Source: a bacterium (lineage in GTDB: Bacteria > UBA8248). Taken from it: a DNA stretch of 64,000 nt. A program made the position numbers and the translations under genes. The stretch is taken from contig CBDBBI010000010.1 in the NCBI GenBank assembly GCA_965202625.1, forward strand, positions 1,728,001 through 1,792,000. The letters run 5' to 3'. Numbering within the stretch: the stretch's first letter is position 1; each line of letters opens with the position of its first letter. Below are positions 57,651-64,000 of this stretch, one piece after another. Under the pieces are notes generated by a model that ran no database searches, had not been told where the DNA came from, and saw nothing but the letters and a program-made list of their open reading frames with translations.

Positions 57651-58616
57651 ATGGTCGACGTAACTTCACCCATCCTTCGCCCGTTTGGAATGCGCATGAA
57701 CCCCCAAGAACATCCGCCAGGAACCACAGACCGGCCCGACCCGGCGGTGGAGATGGTCGATCCTCCCTTGGGCCGAGATATGTCCGCAGGCGATCCAGCG
57801 GGTTGGGAAATCATGGAGTCCGTGTCTGCCCCCCAAACGGATTCCCCAGAAAGCCACGACGTCCCTCCCCACAACCTTCATGATTCGGAGCGATTCAACG
57901 TCAAAATCGACGTATTTGAGGGACCGCTCGAACTACTGCTCACTCTCGTGCGCGAGCACAAGATGGACGTTCACGACATTCCGGTCGCGTTCATCACCAA
58001 TCAGTATCTGAAATACGTGGAGATGCTCAAACGGCTAAACATCAACCTAGCGTCAGAATACCTCGTCATGGCTTCCTATCTCGTCTACGCCAAAAGCAGA
58101 ACCCTTCTGCCCCAGACCGAGGATGCGGAGGAGGAGGAAGATCCGGAAACCCTACGACAGGAACTCCAGCACCAACTCATCGAATATCAAAAATTCAAAA
58201 GAATCAGCGAGGCTCTTCGCCACGCCGAGGAGGAGCAATCCTGGCTCTATACGCGGGAGAGCGGAGACGTCTTTCCGGAGGATAAGGAAGAGGAGACGCC
58301 AAAGCTGCAAGCGACGGTTTTCGACCTCATCGGCGCGATGCAGCGCCTGCTCGAATCCATCGGGGAGGAAGGCGTACACCTCGTGGACATCGACGAACTT
58401 GAAGTCGCCGACATGAGGACCCGGCTGCTCGACGCCTTGGAGAGCACAGGCGCCCAGGGCGTCCTCTTCCACACATTGTTCGAGACGAAGCGAGCGCTTG
58501 AGGTGGTGGCCACGTTCCTGGCGCTCTTAGAACTCGTCAAAGGAAACCTGATCGTGGCGCGACAGGCGTCGAATTTCGGTGAAATCCGTATTATGAAGGC
58601 GGTGCGCGATGAATGA
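57651..58616 (+). CDS. scpA: Segregation and condensation protein A (start uncertain)
   Basis: FEGPLELLL, ITNQYL, ASEYLVMA, KSRTLLP, TFLALLELVK. Confidence 0.93.
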   Translation: MVDVTSPILRPFGMRMNPQEHPPGTTDRPDPAVEMVDPPLGRDMSAGDPAGWEIMESVSAPQTDSPESHDVPPHNLHDSERFNVKIDVFEGPLELLLTLVREHKMDVHDIPVAFITNQYLKYVEMLKRLNINLASEYLVMASYLVYAKSRTLLPQTEDAEEEEDPETLRQELQHQLIEYQKFKRISEALRHAEEEQSWLYTRESGDVFPEDKEEETPKLQATVFDLIGAMQRLLESIGEEGVHLVDIDELEVADMRTRLLDALESTGAQGVLFHTLFETKRALEVVATFLALLELVKGNLIVARQASNFGEIRIMKAVRDE

Positions 58617-59493
58617 TCCAAAACAGGGGAACCAAGAAGCGGAGCGAGCAGAATCCGAGACGCCTTTTGAATTCGCGGAGGATGGGGCGTCATCTCCATA
58701 CGCCTCGGCTAGAGCTCTGGCGGAGCATCAGCTGGGGGCCATGGAGGAGCTTCGCGAAGAGATGACCTTCGAGATCGATGAGTCGAAAGAACGCGTCGAC
58801 GGAACGGGAGAAATCGATAAGGACGCGCCTCTTGTTATGAAGCTAGGCGAGGCGAAAAAAATCATTGAATCCATACTCTTCGTCGCACGCGACCCGCTTA
58901 GACCGAGGGACATCTCCCCTCTCTTCAGGGACGTGTCGAACATCAGCGCCAATGTCATCCGAAAGCTCCTGAGTGAACTGGTCGAGGAGTATCGGGGCAA
59001 AGCCTTGCAGATCATCGAGGTGGCCGAGGGCTTTCGCCTGTGCACGCGGGCGGAGTTCTCGCCCTGGGTGAAACGATTCCTGAAGACGGAGAAAAAAGCG
59101 AAACTCTCCCGGGCAGCGCTCGAAACTCTGGCCATCCTGGCCTACAAGCAACCTGTAACCAAAACGGAGATCGAACAAATCAGGAGAGTGGATTGCGGCG
59201 GGGTGATACACACCTTGCTTGAGCGCGGCCTCATCCGCATCCTCGGGCGTCGGGACGTCGTGGGCCGGCCCATCGTCTATGGCACTACTCCCTTTTTTCT
59301 GGAGCATTTTGGCTTCAAGAGCCTCTCCGACATGCCGAGGCCCCAGGAATTCGAGGCGACAGGAGGCGCCGATTGGGGGCCGGCGGGAGATGAAGGCAAG
59401 ATCGTCGCGCTGAACGATGAGAACGGCGACGCGCTCGCACAAACGATCCTCACGCCCGATGACAAGGGGCAGAAGTTGGAAGCCGTTTCCTGA
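58609..59493 (+). CDS. scpB: Segregation and condensation protein B
   Basis: IESILFV, LSRAALETLAILAYKQPVTK, GRPIVYGTT..FLEHFG. Confidence 0.95.
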   Translation: MNDPKQGNQEAERAESETPFEFAEDGASSPYASARALAEHQLGAMEELREEMTFEIDESKERVDGTGEIDKDAPLVMKLGEAKKIIESILFVARDPLRPRDISPLFRDVSNISANVIRKLLSELVEEYRGKALQIIEVAEGFRLCTRAEFSPWVKRFLKTEKKAKLSRAALETLAILAYKQPVTKTEIEQIRRVDCGGVIHTLLERGLIRILGRRDVVGRPIVYGTTPFFLEHFGFKSLSDMPRPQEFEATGGADWGPAGDEGKIVALNDENGDALAQTILTPDDKGQKLEAVS

Positions 59494-59601
59494 CAAAACA
59501 CGTCAGACTTTGCTACACCCCAAAGGAGGAACGCGCGGGCTTTCCTCCTTTTTCTCATGCTCGCGCGGTGGAATCCCGCCTTTTCCGCAAGGGTGCCTCA
59601 C

Positions 59602-60546
59602 ATGCGCTTTGGAATCATGGCGGCGGGGGGTGTAGGTGGCTACTTCGGCGCCATGTTAACGAGAGGCGGCAAAGAGGTCGTTTTCATTGCGCGGGGAGCG
59701 CATCTGGAAACCATGAGAAAAGACGGGCTTCGCGTGGAAAGCGTGGCACCGGGAAAATTCACCGTGCGAGAGGCGACGTTCACCGACTCTCCCGAGGAGG
59801 CGGGCACGTGCGACGTCGTCCTCTACTGCGTGAAAACGATCGCCAACAACCTCGCCATTCCTGCCATCGCGCCCATGGTGGGTCCCGACACGGTTATCAT
59901 CAACCTGCAAAATGGGGTGGAAAACGAAAAAAAACTGGCGGCCGTCCACGGGGCGGAACACGTAATGGGCGCCGCCGCCTACATATTCACATCGATATCG
60001 GGGCCGGGACACATTCGACAAATCGGCGGTCCTCGGCGAGTGGTTTTCGGCGAATTGGCGGGTGGCGCGAGTGCGCGCGGCGAGCGAATTCTGACTGCAT
60101 TCAAGGAGGCGCAAATCAACGCCGAACTCTCCGAGGACATTCAGGCGGAGATTTGGACGAAGTTCATCTTCATCTGCGCGGTGGGCGGCATGACGGCGCT
60201 CACGCGCTCTCCCATCGGCGAAGTCATGGCCTATGAGGGGACGAGAAACATGATGCGCGAGACGATGCGCGAGGTTTATCTCGTTGGTCGGGCCAGGGGG
60301 ATCAACCTTCCCGACCGCGCGAACGAGGAGTGCTACCGATTTCTGGACGAGCAAAACCCGGCGAGCAAGGGTAGCCTGTTCCACGACCTAGAGACAGGAA
60401 AGCGTCTTGAGATCGACGCGTTATGCGGGACGGTATCGCGCCTCGGGACGGAAGCGGGCATAAAAACGCCGTGCAACGATTTTATTTTCCATACCCTGAA
60501 GCTCGCCGACCTGCAAATCGCGAGCAAGTTAGGCGCGGCGCGATAA
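59602..60546 (+). CDS. panE: 2-dehydropantoate 2-reductase (ketopantoate reductase) family
   Basis: AAGGVGGYFG Rossmann motif, LQNG, WTKF, SLFHDLETGKRLEID. Confidence 0.88.
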   Translation: MRFGIMAAGGVGGYFGAMLTRGGKEVVFIARGAHLETMRKDGLRVESVAPGKFTVREATFTDSPEEAGTCDVVLYCVKTIANNLAIPAIAPMVGPDTVIINLQNGVENEKKLAAVHGAEHVMGAAAYIFTSISGPGHIRQIGGPRRVVFGELAGGASARGERILTAFKEAQINAELSEDIQAEIWTKFIFICAVGGMTALTRSPIGEVMAYEGTRNMMRETMREVYLVGRARGINLPDRANEECYRFLDEQNPASKGSLFHDLETGKRLEIDALCGTVSRLGTEAGIKTPCNDFIFHTLKLADLQIASKLGAAR

Positions 60547-60667
60547 GTTCGACGGCTAACGAACGAGACCCCGCTCACTCCCCCGCATTCCCCCACCGCC
60601 TGTGGCGTGGTAGATTTATCCTTCCGCATCGCATTCGTCAACATCCATCCGTGGAGAGGCGCTTTCA

Positions 60668-61135
60668 ATGGACCGAAGATATTGGCTCATGAAGAGCGAG
60701 CAGGACGCGTATTCGTTCGACGACCTCATGGCGGAACCCGATAGGAGGGCCTGCTGGGACGGTATCAGAAACTATCAGGCAAGAAATTTCATGATGGAGA
60801 TGAAGATAGGCGACTTCGTTCTCTTTTATCACTCCAACGCGAAGCCGCCCCATGTGGCGGGCACCGCCCGGGTGGTGAGGGAATCGTATCCCGATCACAC
60901 CCAATACGATGAGAAGTCGAAATACTACGACCCCAAAGCCTCCTCCGGTTCCCCCCGTTGGCACATGGTGGACTTACAGGCGATGGAGAAACTCCCCCAC
61001 CTCGTTTCTCTGAGCGAGATGAGAGAGAACCCCCGTCTGGCGCAGATGCGCGTCACCCAGAAAGGGCAGCGCCTGAGCGTTCAGCCCGTGAGCAAAGAAG
61101 AGTTCGACGAGGTGCTGCGCATGGCGCGAGGCTGA
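60668..61135 (+). CDS. EVE domain protein
   Basis: YWLMKSE, WDGIRNYQARNFM, LFYHSN, RLSVQPV. Confidence 0.93.
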   Translation: MDRRYWLMKSEQDAYSFDDLMAEPDRRACWDGIRNYQARNFMMEMKIGDFVLFYHSNAKPPHVAGTARVVRESYPDHTQYDEKSKYYDPKASSGSPRWHMVDLQAMEKLPHLVSLSEMRENPRLAQMRVTQKGQRLSVQPVSKEEFDEVLRMARG

Positions 61136-61171
61136 AGCTTGCGGCCGCGGCGCGGGAGAATTCGCCGCCGC

Positions 61172-62653
61172 CTAACTCGCCAAACGCTGTTGCTTCATCG
61201 CCTCGAAATCCGCCTCGAAGAAGAACGAATCCTCCCCGAACGCCGGCGTGAGTCCAGAGAGCCAAGTGGCGGTCTCGTTATGCTCGGCGAAGAAAACGCG
61301 GCCCATCCACTCGGGGTCCCTCGCTTGCAGGAAACGCAGGGCAAACACGCGTTCTCCGCGTATCTCCTCAACGCCCAAGACTTCTATCTTGCCGGGCGCC
61401 GAGCTCATCACAGGCCCCCGCGCGGTTCGGGACAGCCCCGACACCTGGGAGATGGCTTTTCGGTAAATGGCGTGGGCGCGCGTCAGCGGCAACTCGAAAT
61501 AGCGCTTCGCGCCCGTGTCCCTTTCCACGAACATGTAATACGGCACGAGACCCAAGCGCGTCTGTTCCTTCCACATGTTCGCCCACACGTCCGAATCGTC
61601 GTTAATGTGCTGAAGGAGGGGCGCCTGCGTTCTAATGATGGCGCCCGTCTCCCGCACCCTCCTGATCGCCTCACGCGCCATCGGGGTACTGAGTTCACGT
61701 CCATGATTGAAATGCGCCATGATGGCGACGTGCTTGCCCCCCTTCACCAATTTCTCGAAGAGGTGTAGGACATCGTCCGCGTCGACGTCCGACGTATAGC
61801 GATACGGCCAGAAGGTGAGCGTCTTGGTTCCGATGCGAATATCCCTGATGTGATCGAAACGCGAATCCTCGATCAGGGGCAACAAATAGCCCTCAAGCGC
61901 CTTCGTCTTCATGATCATAGGATCGCCGCCGGTGAGGAGGAGGTCCGTCACCTCGGTATGCTCGGCGAGATATCTGTGCAGGACTTCCGCATCCGTGGAG
62001 ATGAAGCGAAGCTCTTTGTCGCCAATGAACTGCGCCCACCTGAAGCAGAACGTGCAATAGGCGTGGCAAGTCTGTCCCTGTCCCGGAAAGAAAAGCACTG
62101 TTTCGTGGTATTTGTGCTGCATTCCCTCCAGGGATTCACCGTCGAGAACGGGCACGTTCAGTGCCTGCTGCCCACCGGGGTGCGGATTCAAACCCGCTCT
62201 GATCTCATGGATGACGGCTTGCAGCTCATTCTTGGACGCGTCTCGCCTCAACAAATTCGCCACGCGATCGAAGTCTTCCGTCGCCAGCATTCCCTTCTGG
62301 GGAAAGGAAAGCTGGAACAGGGGGTCCTCGGGCACGTTGCTCCAATCAATGAGATTCTCCACCATGTAGTGATTCGTGCGGAAGGGCAGTACGCTCCCCA
62401 CCACTTTTACGTTAAAACGAATCTCCTCAGGAAGGCTCTTCAGTTCAGGAACCTCATTGATATGATGAAGCACGATTGGTCGGTAGCGAGGTGGCTCTAG
62501 GGAAATAAGATTCTTGCCTCCCGTATGCCCCGTCCCGCCGTTTTGCGCACTGGACGCCTTTGGCTCACCTTGTTCGGGATTTTCCGGATAACTAGAAAGG
62601 TTCATGGCTTTCGCCTCCGATTTGAAAAGCGCTTTTGCACCTTGCGTCTCCAT
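61172..62653 (-). CDS. KamA-family radical SAM protein (lysine 2,3-aminomutase-like)
   Basis: HKYHETVLFF, CHAYCTFCFRW CxxxCxxC, LLTGGDP, HFNH. Confidence 0.9.
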   Translation of the reverse strand: METQGAKALFKSEAKAMNLSSYPENPEQGEPKASSAQNGGTGHTGGKNLISLEPPRYRPIVLHHINEVPELKSLPEEIRFNVKVVGSVLPFRTNHYMVENLIDWSNVPEDPLFQLSFPQKGMLATEDFDRVANLLRRDASKNELQAVIHEIRAGLNPHPGGQQALNVPVLDGESLEGMQHKYHETVLFFPGQGQTCHAYCTFCFRWAQFIGDKELRFISTDAEVLHRYLAEHTEVTDLLLTGGDPMIMKTKALEGYLLPLIEDSRFDHIRDIRIGTKTLTFWPYRYTSDVDADDVLHLFEKLVKGGKHVAIMAHFNHGRELSTPMAREAIRRVRETGAIIRTQAPLLQHINDDSDVWANMWKEQTRLGLVPYYMFVERDTGAKRYFELPLTRAHAIYRKAISQVSGLSRTARGPVMSSAPGKIEVLGVEEIRGERVFALRFLQARDPEWMGRVFFAEHNETATWLSGLTPAFGEDSFFFEADFEAMKQQRLAS

Positions 62654-62863
62654 TCATCACTTCGTTTGCGCGGTCATGCGCGCGACGCCATGCGAAGCAC
62701 TCACCTCATGACATCAACCGCATATTACCTCAAGTGGCGAGATATTTGCTATACGTATCCGCCAAAAACAGACTGTCTCCGCCCCAAAAGCGAGATTCAG
62801 CAAAAAACCAAGGAAAAATTCGCGCGCATGCGGCGTCTGCTGGCCAAAAGGGGGGTACACCCC

Positions 62864-63610
62864 CTAGTGGGGCATGTGGGCGGGATTCCAGAACTCGCCC
62901 GTTCGAATCGTGTGGGCCTGCCGATCTCCGTGCGGATGCCATCCATCCTCGTTTCTACGGGCCTGCTCTTCAAAGTCATACTCGACCCGGTGAATTTCCC
63001 CCTCCCATTTCCCGTCTCCTTGATATTCGAGCAGGACGTATGCGGGACGATTATCGCCGTCCCAGTTCACCGCGGCGGACGCGGCGCACACGAGCGTCTG
63101 ATTTCCCACTTGCCGAATATACGGACCATGCACCTGCCCGAAAGCCACAACTTCGGATTTCTCTCCCGCTAGGCGTTCAATGATATCATCGTCGCTCAGC
63201 CGAAGCGGGAGCGCGCCTTCGTCATCGCCCGGCGCGCCATGGAAGACGCGAAGATCGTGGCCGGGCTCAGGCGTAATCGTCATCTCGCGAGGCAAGCCCC
63301 TGAGCCAACCGAGCTGCGCCTCGGTGAGATGCTCACGCGTCAGGCGTGTGCCCTCGTTCCTGCCGGGAAAGGGATTCTCCCCCTCATCGACACGATCGAT
63401 CACCCAGCGATCGAAATTTCCCAGGACGGGCAGGCAGCGCTCTCGGAAACGGAGGCGATCCACTACCTCGCCCGGCTCCGGCCCACCCATGACGTGATCC
63501 CCCGGAACAATCTCCCAGTCCACCCCATGCTTATCAATTTCCGCCAGAACCACGTCCAGCGGCGCGAGTTGGGCATGAATGTCAGAATAGAGTGCGAGTT
63601 TCATTTTCAA
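62864..63610 (-). CDS. Calcineurin-like metallophosphoesterase
   Basis: SDIHA, PGD, LGNFD, FHGAP, DGDNRPAY. Confidence 0.85.
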   Translation of the reverse strand: MKMKLALYSDIHAQLAPLDVVLAEIDKHGVDWEIVPGDHVMGGPEPGEVVDRLRFRERCLPVLGNFDRWVIDRVDEGENPFPGRNEGTRLTREHLTEAQLGWLRGLPREMTITPEPGHDLRVFHGAPGDDEGALPLRLSDDDIIERLAGEKSEVVAFGQVHGPYIRQVGNQTLVCAASAAVNWDGDNRPAYVLLEYQGDGKWEGEIHRVEYDFEEQARRNEDGWHPHGDRQAHTIRTGEFWNPAHMPH

Positions 63611-63638
63611 GTCCCCCTGATCAGTGGCAATGGAGCGT

Positions 63639-64000
63639 TCATGATTCGACGCGACGCGCGCGTCCGCTTAGCAAACCTCGCCCGGATTCTGCCAACGCTT
63701 CCATTTTTTCCTTCAGACGGGGATAGCGCAGCTTCCCGCTCTTCTTCACGATTTCTCCCGCCACGAAAACCGTGTCCACGTTGGCGAAAGACGCCTGAAA
63801 AACGATCGTCCCGAGCGGGTCGTTCACGGGAAAGAGGTTCAGGTCGTCCTTTCTAAGCAAAACAACATCCGCCTGCTTGCCCGGTTCCAACGTCCCCGCC
63901 TTACGCCCAAGTCCCAGGGCGTTGGCCCCGTCTATGGTCGCCCACTCCAGGGCGCACCTCGCCGGTATGGCGATTCGCGTCGGCGAGACCTTTTCGTCGA
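63639..64000 (-). CDS. Amidohydrolase family protein, C-terminal part (runs off the window)
   Basis: ALEWATIDGANALGLG..GTLEPGKQADVVLL..NVDTVFVAG. Confidence 0.85.
   Translation of the reverse strand, partial: DEKVSPTRIAIPARCALEWATIDGANALGLGRKAGTLEPGKQADVVLLRKDDLNLFPVNDPLGTIVFQASFANVDTVFVAGEIVKKSGKLRYPRLKEKMEALAESGRGLLSGRARRVES

Overview
GC-rich bacterial chromosomal window with no integrase, transposase, CRISPR array or rRNA. Left part (1-12.3 kb): a catabolic cluster with an acyl-CoA dehydrogenase 3' end, a ThDP-dependent decarboxylase, a DUF1116/YlbE protein, a CodA-like amidohydrolase, a Liv-type ABC transporter and a lone molybdo-hydroxylase large subunit. Next (12.4-17.3 kb): an AT-richer decaying region around tRNA-Phe(GAA) with several pseudogenes, a DinB-like gene and an OsmC-like gene that reads through an in-frame TGA followed by a SECIS-like hairpin. 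Centre (17.4-41.8 kb): two head-to-tail complex I operons, a complete nuoA-N set and a 10-gene set lacking nuoE, F, G and I. Right part (42-64 kb): histidine decarboxylase with an ACT protein; an operon of amidohydrolase, NifU-like protein, half-size MFS, full MFS and a second probable selenoprotein (GrdB/PrdB-like, UxxC); a frameshifted DUF3800 gene preceded by a three-way-junction RNA; split nitrile/thiocyanate-hydratase-like genes; tandem amidohydrolases; a lipoprotein with three CcmI-like domains; a CoA-transferase pair; scpAB; panE; EVE; a KamA-family radical SAM; a metallophosphoesterase. All family calls come from motif recognition by eye, not from database searches.
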